A stretch of 64,000 bases of DNA from positions 8,062,063 through 8,126,062 of the forward strand of contig CM082582.2 in NCBI GenBank assembly GCA_040954595.2, written 5' to 3'. Within the stretch, counting starts at the first letter, position 1. Each line of letters begins with the position of its first letter. Made by a program: the position numbers and the translations under genes. The notes beneath the pieces were generated by a model that saw nothing but the letters and a program-made list of their open reading frames with translations, was not told the origin of the DNA and searched no databases. Positions 50,031 to 62,300 of this stretch are shown here, in pieces. This DNA comes from Balanoglossus misakiensis. Lineage: Eukaryota; Animalia; Hemichordata.

Positions 50031-52172
50031 TGCGTCCCATAAAAGGCCAACATATGTCATTTATATACTGTTAATCATTTTACAATAATGTAATTCCTAA
50101 GTAACAGACGGCGAAATGGAATTCTGGAAAAATAGGGTAGTCTTATGGGCTCCAGTTTAATGATTTAAGTCAAAATCTAAAACAAACGAATGCATTCATC
50201 AGCTAAAATGTAAATTTATATTAACGAAAAAAATATACAATTTGCGCATTTTTATTGCGGATTGACCAAAAATAGCTCGCTGGCGCTACAACTTTTATGC
50301 GGAATTGGGGCTTAGCTCGACGCCATTGTCACAGCTTGGCAAATATCGTCTCTCCCTGACCCAACAGTGTGAACAGATGTCTTCTATCAAGGGATGGGTG
50401 CAGGTCGCTGTTTTTTATTTAATATAAATCTGACACGACCTTTTTTGTTATTGATTTTCTCTTAAGACTGGGAAGATGAATGGAGGTGACACGCTTTGTT
50501 TTGGTGACGAATGATGTTGAGATGATGATGAGTCGTACGCATGGCAACAGGTCGTGATGAATATTAGTGGAAAGGTCAGGTGTGACAACGAGTGCTTCTT
50601 TTGATTGACAGCTCAGCTGTTCAATCCCCGGCTGCCAGCCATGATTATCGTTGCTATGCCAACGTCAGTAGACTGATGCATAGAACTTGTGAAGCGTTCA
50701 TGAGATTTCGTTGAATACTTGAGGGCGCTATTTTCAGCAGTGAGCAGTACTGATTCATGTCACTTCATGTTTTAGGCATTCGCTTTAAGATTTCTTTGAT
50801 CAATGGGGATTCATATTACCTGCATCATTTCTTTTTCAAAACCGCACATTTGACAAATAAATACAGACTTGAAACACGACTATGGGGTGTGACCGTACTT
50901 GAAACAAGTCAAACTGCGTGTTTGTTTTCTCTGGTCACGAATCACTGCACGTTTTATTTTATCGAGGTTTGTGTGAGCTCGCTGTGTCGCGTTTATCTGT
51001 TCGACGTTCATCCTCAACTCCGCCCCCAGGGGAATGACTATACATGTACTATGAGAGTGATAAACAGAAAGATAAAAGGGAACAAAACTAATACCACGAA
51101 CAAAGAAGCCCGGATGTTCTATGACACGTCACAAACCAGGCTTGATAGTCAAGCGTCTGGACGGACCAAGGTTTTCACTGATCAAACGACGGTGGCGCGC
51201 ATCAGACACCAGGCAGCACCGAAAGGGTTTATAACCACCCGAAACAGGATGACACGCGCGTGAAGCCCTTTCCTTCCAAGAGACGGCTTGACCAAAATAT
51301 GTTCTTCAGATTTTATCACACTATTACAACCCAGTGACTGCACGAATATTTCATTGGCCATCACAAGAAAATATTTCGTCGGGTGGTAAAATATATCACG
51401 AAAATATGCAGGCGTAATTTTATTGACGTTTGTGTGATCTACGCGTGCATGTGATCGTAATCGACATCGATGTCGACACGGAATATAGGCCAAAGGTCAG
51501 CGAAATCGCCATATCTTCTCAGTTTCGCGATATCAGAATATGGCGAACTTTGGCAACCAGGAATAGCTTCTGGATTATAAACATATCGAACTGTTTAACT
51601 GTAGAATGAAATCATTTTTTTCGGAGATGACTGGTAAATTAACGTCTAAAATAATACGTACGTCAATTCTTATTATTTATTATGGAACAAAATATTTGAA
51701 ACTTGGCTATTTCTGATTGATAAATTTAGATCATATAAGCTTATGCATCACGTTGTTTTAATAGTAATTGTAAGCCCAGATATACCCGTAACCGTGGTGA
51801 TTTAATACACAGAATAAATCAGTGTTAGTCATCCCCATGGCAACACGTTGTTTAGCGTTTTCGACCTCCATTTCTTAGAAATGCGACTGGCGTAATAGAA
51901 AAATATATACTTCGAAATACCGACATATGATTTCACTAATTCGACGGGCAGTCTATCACAAATAATTTATCACCGTTGCATTCCAAAATGTTCTCAAGTG
52001 CTGTATCATATTGGAATCGATTATTTCCCAAACTGGCCGGCATCCGAGATGTAGATTACCTTCTTCAATTTTCAAATTCTGTTGACTTCGATCAATTGAC
52101 GGGTAGGACGAACATAACGCCTTCTTTCCTATCCTCCTACGCAAACTTTTAAAAAGTTGCGCCAGACCCATA

Positions 52173-52198
52173 GCATTCTGGGAGTTTTCTGGGAGTGT
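52173..52198 (-). promoter_or_regulatory. ZNF143/Staf-like site(s) upstream of the MSRRKQ exon
   Basis: GCATTCTGGGAG (reverse complement CTCCCAGAATGC) is followed by a second TTCTGGGAG, about 110 bp upstream of the ATG. Confidence 0.5.
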
Positions 52199-52298
52199 CT
52201 GCTAGTTGAGCATGCGTAGAAGGGTCGACAGCGCCATTTTACCGGCTAATATTTTATGCATGCATGATGTTGATTTGTTTAGACTAGATTTGGTGTTC

Positions 52299-52341
52299 AT
52301 GATGTCGCGCCGTAAACAGGCCAACCCGAATCGTGTCGCAG
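52299..52341 (+). CDS. First coding micro-exon of a probable zinc-finger transcription factor with an N-terminal NuRD-binding motif (M)MSRRKQANPNRVA; the rest of the gene lies beyond the window
   Basis: ATG ATG TCG CGC CGT AAA CAG GCC AAC CCG AAT CGT GTC GCA G followed by a strong donor gtgagt. MSRRKQxxP is the RBBP4/NuRD-binding N-terminus of the FOG/ZFPM, SALL, BCL11 and ZNF423/521 families. Promoter-like motifs lie just upstream. No convincing second exon was seen up to 64000. Confidence 0.8.
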
Positions 52342-55300
52342 GTGAGTTTGTGTTCTAATGGTGATGGACTTTACCGATATGCTCCAAAGTGGGATGTATG
52401 GCTAGCGTGAGTGATGTACGGTTATCGAGTGGAGGCGGAAGTTGAAAGTTTTCGAAAGTTGAGAGCTGGAAGCCGTAGAAGTGCGAGGTTTATCCTTTTG
52501 TAATGTGGCCTCACAGTTCAATGCCTGGCTCTTTTGTGGGATGCGGGGCGGTGACTCGAACCGTTCATCATTCTCACCTTTGCTTTCTGGGGCGAGCCGT
52601 TCGGTTCGGAGATTTCGGCATTTAGTTTCGTGAAATTATCTCCCCCGTGTGCCGAGTTGGCCGACAACTTCTCGGTTGCCGTGAAAGTTTTTAGTTGTCA
52701 CGTATCCTCATCCTTGACAACGTCCGGCGATTTTTTTTCCAGAAAGAACGGCGTGAAGATCTGCGCTAGGTGTGCAAACAATTTATGCGCAGCGCAAACA
52801 ATGAGGGAGAGCGCATCTTGACCCAAAGGTGGTCTGTTTCCTCTCACGGGGAAGTTTTGCAAGTGGTGGTTTTTTGCATTTCCCATTTTAAAAAAACGTG
52901 CAAGAGGAAGAAAGTTTTGAGTGTGCCGGAGATGCGGAAGTGATGGAGACGTGCACGGAACGTCCTCCCAAATGGTGTCGTTTTGGAATGCGAGCTCTTT
53001 GCTCTCTAAGACCCTCGGCAAACAAGATGGCCGACACGTATCAGACCAAGTTTTAAGTGCTTTGTATACCTTGATGCTTGCACCTCGTGATGGAAGAAAA
53101 CGACTCTTTTAGGGGAAACTTAGAGATAGATTTTTCAACGCCATAAAATGTACCAGTAATAAAGTGTGTCTGCGGGAGTGTGTGCGGTATTTTTATTATT
53201 AATGAGTGTGACCCAGCAGAGGATGCAAGTTGGTTCTTGAAGTCTTTTTATTGATCCCATCTAACAGATGCAAATGAGGTAGGCAACGGACAAGCTGCAT
53301 CTTGTTCAGGTCCCGGCTTCTCCAAAAACTAGAGATGGGGAGTGGAGACTAAATACACTGTTGGTATTTTTAAGCTGGCTTTCTGGTGACTTGTCCAGGC
53401 CTGGTCTGGGTTTTTTGTCTGGGCTCTCAACCTGTTGGTCGTACAGGTGGGACACAGAAGCCATAGGGTTTTTTTAATGGAGCAATTGACGTCGGCGTGC
53501 ATGAGAGAAATTGATGGTGTGTCAGCAGCCGATGACTGTTCTCACTGCCAGGAATTTCCACGCTGCCATGACAACAGAGCGATTTAAAATGTAACTAGCC
53601 CTCTGAGCCAAGATCTGTCGGGTTGATAAGTTTTGTAAATTAGTGATGAACAACTCTGCAAATGATGGCTGGGAACTTTATGTGGAGATATGTTAATATT
53701 TGAGAATAATCTGCATACTGGCAAGTTTTTGTAAGAAGGTTCTCTTGAGTTTCGCATACCTCTATTGTGCCCATAAAATAGAGCAGAATTAAAATGTCCA
53801 CCCCTTTTATTGATTTGTATGGAGGTATAAAGTGACATTGCGGCGGCAAGTTGTACAAAAGGTGCGCCCGATGGCCAAGGTCGCACCGAGTCCCACGGCT
53901 GTCCCTTTTTTCGTCAGACTTGCCTCCTTCAAGTGTGTGTCGCCGGCGTAAAAAAATGATGTAAAACCCTGGTCTTGTACAAATACAGGTTGGACACTGA
54001 TTAGGGCTTCACTGTGGGTGGACTGAAAGAATTAGCTGTTGTGTGTGCAGTGGTATTTGTATGCAAATGACCTGTTGAAAAGGTGTTATAAATTGTCCGG
54101 TCTGTGCAGCAGCAGCAGACAGACTCCAGTTCTCCCACCAAACGCGCATTTCCTCTCTCCCTCTATTCTTTGATGTCATCCGGAATTCTCAAAAAATTTA
54201 AGTGCATTGTTTAGTCTTTCGCCAGTTTTGATCAGTGCAGACAATGTTTCATAATCATTTGCAATCGCTTAGTAGCCATTTCACGAGATCTCCATCCCGG
54301 GGTTAGGGGTAAAAGGTTGTCTTACCCCCTTTAGAGACGACCTATTTTTTTTTCTCTCTCTCTCGCTTTAGAATCTTTCAGCACTTGCTTGAAATAGTTG
54401 CATGCATACACCATTGTGGTGTTGTTGTGTGCAGTAACAGAGATGCCTTTTATGTTGATGTGAGCCTTTGGTGTTGTGGACTTGAATTTTTTTTTATGTA
54501 TGCATGAGCAGAAAAAAGGATGGAGCTCGAGAACAGCGCTGTCTGGCAGCTCTCTTTAAAAGTCAGGGAAGAAAAAAAAAACTTGTTTTATGTTTTAGCG
54601 CTGTCGTCATGAGTTTCTATTGCCTATGAGTGTTTTAAAGTTATTGTATTGGAGGACAGGAATTGAACCATAAAATCCTTGGATGTAATAACTGGAGAGA
54701 GAGGATGTTGGACAGAAATCTGATAGTAGTTTGAGATGGGAAGTGGAAAGCAAAAATGGCAGACATTGCGTAAATGTTTTTAGTGTTTTATGTTTTGATC
54801 TGGTTGTTCATCATTTCTGTTTTCTGTGTTGAATCATCGGTCAAAGTGATGATGTTGTCACTGAGGAAATGTGTCAGCAGAACAAAAAGGGAATTTTTGT
54901 CTATCACCAAAAAAAAATAATTAGAAATTGTGTTTTCATGTGGTTGGCAATTACTGACATTTCCTTTTGATGTGTTGTACACCCTTCCTGAAAGATGTGG
55001 CTGATTCAGCCACGCTGTTGTTGAATTATTATCTTTCCTTTTTGAAGGTCAAAATTCTTCAGGCATAGTTCACAATTCTGTGTTGTCGCGAAGTGACCAC
55101 TGTAGGGAAGGGACTTCCTGGGTTGCTTTGTTTTCTTTTGCTTTGTTTTCTTTTGTTTCAAATTTTCAGTTTTGGGGCAAATTTGTTGAAAAATCTAGTC
55201 TGAAGTGAGCTGACCTTTTTGGTAGTGCGTGTTTGTGCAGTTAACTTGTTACTGATATTGAGTTTCTTGTTTGGTTTACTTGTTTCATTTTTAAATGTAA

Positions 55301-57706
55301 TTCTGAAATGTTTGATGTCGTTTTTTTTCTCTCTCTCCCAGTCCCATCTCAATGACACACAAACATCGTGATGTTTTGTAATCAGGAAATGGTTATGATT
55401 CTAACTGTGTTGACAGTGGAAAAAAAGTGAGTGGAGAAAGATGAATGAGTTGGGGTGAAGGACGTGTTGGCTGAGTTTATGAGAGAGAAAAAAAATGGGA
55501 GGCAGACCTCAAGGTAGACAGTGTGATTCCCCTGACCTGTTTCAAGGTTACTGTTTTATATTGTACATTTCGTTATCTTTCGGAACTTATTTCATTTATT
55601 GACGCTCGCTTACTTTGGTAAACACAGGGAAGGAGAAAAAGGAAGATACCGACTAAATAAATACAGGAAACAACTCACTCAGTGATTTCAACACCCTCTT
55701 AAAATGTTAGATGATGTTCTTCAACTTGAGGTTTTTGACTAGATTGAACGATGTGGTGGTTGTCAAGTTTAGAGAAAGAGAGAAAAAATGTGATTTTCTT
55801 TAATTTTTATTGTGATAAGTACCGTCATCTGATTTTTTGAGTGTTTAACATGTCTGTTGTGAAGTGTCTGTGAACTTTGTACAAACTTGCAGTACATGAT
55901 CCGTGATGATGACAAAGTTTGACTCAAAAGTGATTCAAAACTTTTACATCTTTGGAACAGATTTTGAGAAATTTTTATAGTTCGCTAAGTCCAGTCCGGA
56001 GTGCAGGTTTATAGATCTTGTGGTATTTCAAGTGTAGATTATAAGTGAGTGGAGTGGCTGGACTGATCAGGCCAATTTCATGACAACTTTAAGGCACATG
56101 CACATAGTCGTGTTGACAGGGTCTTTTTCCAGTAAATGGGTATCCCAACATCAGCCGGGACCAAAGTGGTGGATAGGGTATAACTGTGACACGACGGAAC
56201 ACAATACACCAGCAGGCTCGGATTTTCTGTCTTCCACTGTAACCTAGCGACCGGGCGCAGTGTTTCGAAACACTGTACCCGCCTGACTGTGTTTGGAGCC
56301 GTGCCAAGGATCAAGATTGGCTGAATGAGGACATCAGGCGAAATTTCCACTTTTCAATTCATTCTGCTCTTTCGTATTGTCCCGTTCGGGTTTGCGAGAA
56401 GTCGCTCTAGTTTGGCCTTTTCTTAGAAGAATGATTTTAATGTCTTGGGACAAGGGGCGATTCGGAAGCAACGCCTGGTGGGCCAGCTTGTTTTCTGCCA
56501 TCGAGTGTGCGTCGCGCGGCGATGGGTGATTTAAAAACTTTCTCCCAGTTTGTCCTTTCCGTTGGGAGGTCACGCATCCAGCTATATAAGCACCGATGGG
56601 GGGAGAAGCAGAGTGATGTAAATTTCAGTGTGAATTGAAACGGCATGTTTGATTGGTGTGACACAATGGCCTATTCTGTTTCCTATTGTCGCCAACGACA
56701 CCATGTGCATAACAATGGCACCAGGCAGTGGCGCCCAAAGGTGATAACGTTCAGATTTTCATTTTGGGGAGACCAGTCATCTTCCCAGACAATTCTCCTG
56801 GCTAAGACCCACTTTAATATTCAGTATCATAATCAGTCAATTAAAAAAAGAGACAAAAGTTTTTTAATTTGTCTGAGTCAATTGAAAATGACTTTAAAAG
56901 TTTGTTTTCTTCGATGGGTAGTGTTGATTATGTTATACTTTTGTGGAGACTTGCACTGTTACAGAGACGAGTTGTTATTTTTTAAAACGAAAACTCATCT
57001 GACCCTGCTGTTCTGGGACATATTGATTGTCTGCGTCCTACTTTGACTGACATGAAGTGCGAAAGGAGAAAACAAAGTTTAATAAGGGCAGAAAGTTATT
57101 CATCTTGAATAGAAAACTTTTAATAAAAGATGTAATTTGCTGTGTGTTTCAGTGGTAGACTCCAGAGTTTCTTATGGGTGAATTAATTAAATGATTTTTT
57201 TCTCTGTCAGTTGAACAGTGCAGTTGAGAGCATTGTAGTACACACACACACTCAGCAGTGGATTTTGATGTTTGATGATGACAAGTTTAACCAGAACTAG
57301 GCTGTCAGAGTTGGCATTTTGGCGAGGAGTGTGTGTATACTGACGCTGCTCTTCGCCCCTAGCACACCCATTTGTCACACAGCTTTTTGTCATCCATTTT
57401 GTTGACTCATCAGCTAATTTCAGAATCCAGAATATTTTTTTTCTCAGTACTGAGCCAACAAGGAAGTTGAAAAAATCACTCGTCTGAAATGACGCTGTTT
57501 GTGGTTGTTGTTTTTTTGTACCAGAAGTGTCAAAAGTCAACAGCAATATGTTAGAATTTATCACAGGTGTAAAATAGATAAAGGAAATATACAGTTTTTC
57601 AAACTGTCCTGTGAATTTGTGTTTTCGTATCGGTGTAGAAAATTTTGAAGTGAAAGATTTGCTCCTTGCTATCCACCTTAGATTTCAGTGATGAGTTTTC
57701 ACAATT

Positions 57707-57765
57707 TTAACCCTTTTCACCCCTGTTTCCTGTGTATGGAGTCACCCAACCATTGTAAACAGACC
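57707..57765 (-). mobile_element. Partial copy of the same MITE family
   Basis: ttaacccttttcacccctgtttcctgtgtat...accattg matches the start of the 23655 copy. Confidence 0.4.
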
Positions 57766-59313
57766 AATGTATTCATATTGTGGGGAGTAGATAAGTCTGA
57801 TGTGAATTGATGGCGAATGTGATGTGGATTTTGGTAAATTTATTTGTGTATAAATCACTTGTAAAATTTTGTCTGATCTGTGACCTTGTCTGCTGAGAGA
57901 TGAAAAAATGTAATGGATGATAACTAATAATTAAATATGATCGTCAGTTTTGAAGCTTGCTGCGGACAGGAAGGACTTTTGATGGTTTTTGAAAAAAAGA
58001 GAAAAAAGAAAATTGATTCACAGTTGAGTGGGATTGTACGTGTTCATTGCTGACTGATGGCTACATTGAAAACTAAACAATTGAGCAGAGACCCGGATCT
58101 CTTTTGACAATTATGTATGCCGCATTCCTTCACATGGAGGTGGTGGTGGTTTTTTTTTTTTGATAATCTGATACAGAGCGTTGAACTGACATTGGAATGA
58201 TGTTTAATATATTTAAAAAAACACCAATTCACCTGTTGGCATGGCGAGGATAAAGGTGAAGGGCAGCGGGGAAATCTGAGCTGGAAATGTGTAAAAGTTT
58301 TTGGGTTTCTGAAGGGAGAAAGCAAGCGTACGTGTGAACTGCATCTTTTATTTGAAGTGGCCCAGGCATGTTGAGACAGATCCCATTGTTAGCCTTCCGT
58401 GCGAGAAATGTCTCCGTAATGACTTGCGTTGCCAGGCACCGGTCTGAAATCCACGGGACAACAAAAGATGGCTGGCTATACAGTGCGGTCTGGTAGGTTA
58501 TAAAGCTCGCAGGCAGAGGAGATCTCAATGCGCGGTCGGTCCCCAGTCTGTGCCGAGAGAGAGAGAGAGAATCTGGTGTACACAAAAGATGCAGTTACTG
58601 AATGACCCAACGGTGTAAATTCCCCAACACTCCGACTATCAGAGAGGCCTTAAGTTTTGGCTCAGCTCTGAGGTTTATTAAAAAGTACCACGGTGAAGGA
58701 TTGTGTGTGTGCGTCTATTACCGCTTGATTTATGTATCTCCGGGGTGACAAAGGTTACTCGTGGTTGCTTCAATATCCCTCAGTCCGGCCGGGCAAGCAT
58801 CACGCAGAAGATTACAAAACTTCTCAAACCCTTCAGTGAATTTCAAGTCAAGTCAGGTTCGGTCCCAGGGAGGCCGTTCTTTTGTCCACCTGCGACACTG
58901 ATGGAGTAAAAGTTGCAAGTGTGGAGATGGCGGCCAGCCGTGACATCAAACTGCCTTGAGATATCAAGTACTTCCAAAGTTCATAACGACTGGCTACCTT
59001 ATGTCAACAGCCCAAGAATCAATTCTCTTCGCCCGGGTCTCTCTCACTCTACGACGACGAGCAATTTTCTATTATCGGAGTAGTACCCATTGTGAAGGGG
59101 AAAAAAATCTGTTGTAACGGAACAGGGGCGAACTTTTTTTTTACCGCCAAAACTAGCCAGTTTCTCGCGAAACTTTGCTAGACTTGAGAGGTTTATAAAA
59201 TGGATGTGGTAAAAACTGATGCAGTGATCTGTAGCAGACTACATCTCATTCTTTATTTTTTTTTTACAGCGGGAGTGGTGGCCTACGTGCGTGTTTGATG
59301 TAGGCTCCCGCTC

Positions 59314-59328
59314 ATTTGCATAACAATG
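59314..59328. promoter_or_regulatory. Perfect Sox-Oct (POU/SoxB) composite element, intronic enhancer candidate
   Basis: ATTTGCATAACAATG (reverse complement CATTGTTATGCAAAT) is an exact 15-bp match to the canonical zero-spacer Sox2-Oct4 composite consensus. Confidence 0.55.
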
Positions 59329-62300
59329 TGTGTTTAGTTCCATTATCACCTCACCATGGCAATGGGGATCAATAATCATTGATGAGGTTTCATAAGTAAG
59401 GTATTGTTTCCTCCCAATGAAGCCATCTCAATGAGAGTATTAAGAGCAGAGCACTTGGGAACGGATGCCGACACAGTTTCCACCCCCCCCCCCCCCCTCC
59501 AATCCCGCGCCGCAGTTTTGCCCGATACACCTGTGTTCTTGATTCGGTGTCAGGTGACGGGATGTAGTGTTGAATTGTGAACAGGTTCGTTTAATAAAAC
59601 TTGCGTGTCACTCAAAAAAATACATCTGAGGTTTTTTTTGAAAGCGGATGGTGAGTGTAAATTTGTAAAATGGATTTGACTAGAAAGATGATTGTTACAA
59701 AAATCTGTTTCATCTGTCGGGGGTTATTTTCCCTTCTCTATTGATGGGTTCCGTCGGTCTGTTTCGTTCTGTTGTGTGGACAGTCAATGGCTCTTACATG
59801 AATAACTTGCTCCCATGCTGGAGTGGTGTATGTGTAAATAGTGTCCCATTGTTCGAGCGGGCGGCGGTGGGGCTCGCCGTACTCGGATGCTCGGAGGGGC
59901 GTGTATGATTTTTTTTACGTGAAATGGTTTGTGACGTCTGGAGCAGGTATTGATGCGGGGAGAATCTGCTGCGATGTGTGTGTGTGCGTGTGTCGGGCGT
60001 TGGCGTGAGAGCCATTGCAGAGCGGTCGGTGGTGCAAATTGTGTCGCACGGAACCGTCCCTCAGAGCGGAGGACCCCGGCCACCCCTCCTGGATTCCACC
60101 CCAATGGTACGGTCAGGAATTCTGCCGCAGTTACTAGGCACCAGGTCAGAAGAAAATGATAATGGTGCCCAAAAGAAGTTCTGCACTGGTGTGTGGCTTG
60201 CCTCATCAAATGCAATTTTATGAAGGATAAAAAAAAAAGAGTGCGCGACGTGATTGGAACCTGCCATCTTGACAGACAGTTGAAGACTACACGCAGGCAC
60301 AGGTAACCAAGCGTCAGAATCGTTATTAGGGCGCCGAGATTTGTGGAGTGGTGGGAGGGGATTTGCCAGGTCTTTTTTGATGTCCGCGTTTTCAAGTGTG
60401 CCCAGGTACAGGCCACCCCCTATTTGCATGCATGTGCCCTGTTCCATGAAGCTCTTCATTATTTTTAACTGTGATGGCATTTCGTCCGGGTCGTTATCTT
60501 AACCAGCAGATATGCAAGGGTTTAATTAATTAACTCGGTATTTATCACTTGGCGTTCCTTTTCTCAGTGGCTGGGGAGGGAAGCCGGTGGGAAGAAAAAT
60601 GAAGAGGATTTGGGGGAAGCTATAGTCTGGGCCATGAGGCTGTGGGTGCTGCTCTTGGGCTTGGGCTCATTTGCATGCGGTATAGACTTGTTTCTTTGTT
60701 GACACAAGGTTTAAATGGCCATTTGAACTGATGTTATTGAAATGAACCCAGGTATGGAAATTGGTCTGTCACGGGGAAGCCATGTGTCTGTCTCACGCTC
60801 TCTCCATCTTTTGAAAAGTTCGGGGAGGGTTTTATGTTTAGTGAAAAATGGGCGTAATCATGAGGGGCTCTTTTCTACCCGAGTGGTGGTTCTCAACAAG
60901 GAACACTTCATGAAAATTGATAAAGCAGAATGTCTATCAGTCACGTTTAAATATATACCCCCATGTCCGGGAGTGGTCGCTCATTTTTGACATGTTTAAA
61001 TTATAAGCCTCACTGATGTGCAAGTTTGGCGTGGGCAGGAATTTCAAATCATCGCATTAGAGGACAAACAAAACAGGTGTTTGACAGTGTGTGGGATGTC
61101 AAAAAAATGCCCACCTTTCTTTTTTGCTGAATTTGAATTGATGTGACGGGTTTTCCGTGAAGAGTTTTTGTCGTAGCTTGTTGGCAAGTTGCCAAATTGA
61201 TGTGGTCATGTGCTGAAACGATTGAGCACGCAGACATGTCTCAATTGGGCCCACAACAAGAAAGAAAGAAAAAAAAAAAAGGATTTTCGTGATGAGGTTA
61301 TTGTGTCTGTTCAGAAATGTTCTCTCTCTCTCTCTCTCTCTGGGCCATTTCATTCTCAGTTCCAGAGTTCAAGATCTAATTACACCCTCCACAATGGTAC
61401 GTTTAGTGGTATTGTTTTTGCATGTCTTGTGTGGACTGTCCAACTTGTATTTTAACATGATTCATGTTCCAGCCAGGTGACTCTTTAACCTGAAGTATGT
61501 TTTGTTTGTTTCTGGAGAAAAAAACCCCGACCCACACGTCTCTCATCAGTGGCAATGACCTTCCTACATAAATCAACCCATTTGGTCATGGTCGCTCTAT
61601 TCTCTCCGAGGTGACGGAATTACAAGTTCAAATTTACATATTCAGTGTTGACCCGTGAAAACTACAGACCCCCCATTGAAAAGGAAAATGAAACCGTTGC
61701 CAGGCCAGTGGGTTTTTTTGACAGAACACAAAAGGCTGAAAATTATTCACAGTTCAAAGTTCATAGTTTTCAGCCGGATCATGGGATGTTTGATATCTGG
61801 AATCCACACACCCACTGACAAACACCAAATCTATATGCATGGCCTCTCTCACAAGCCTGTCAGTTATAGAGGCTGTGTCGGTACGGTCTGATTGACTTGG
61901 ATGAAGATGGTTATGGATTGGGATTTAGCAAATTGCCCTTTTGAGTGACCTTGATTTGATTTGATTTGATTGATTCTATTATACTGCAACTGTAAACTAT
62001 AGACGGGGAAAAAATTATGGCCTGCCGTTGTAATTTTCATGTCGGACTGGAGGGGGAAGTAGATAGGACCTTGCTTGACAACATAAGATTTTTGCCAGTG
62101 ACAGTCTTTGGAAATCTATTACTTAGAAGTATGACATCACATGTTAGATTAGGGAGAAGATGTGCTAAAAGAAAATGCAGAAATATTGAAGTCAAGTTGA
62201 ATATAAAAAAATGGGAAAACTTAAAAGAGAACTAACCATTACCATGGACATGTGTGTAAACATGTGAATGTTTTGAACCCTAGTTGACGCTTTTCCAATA

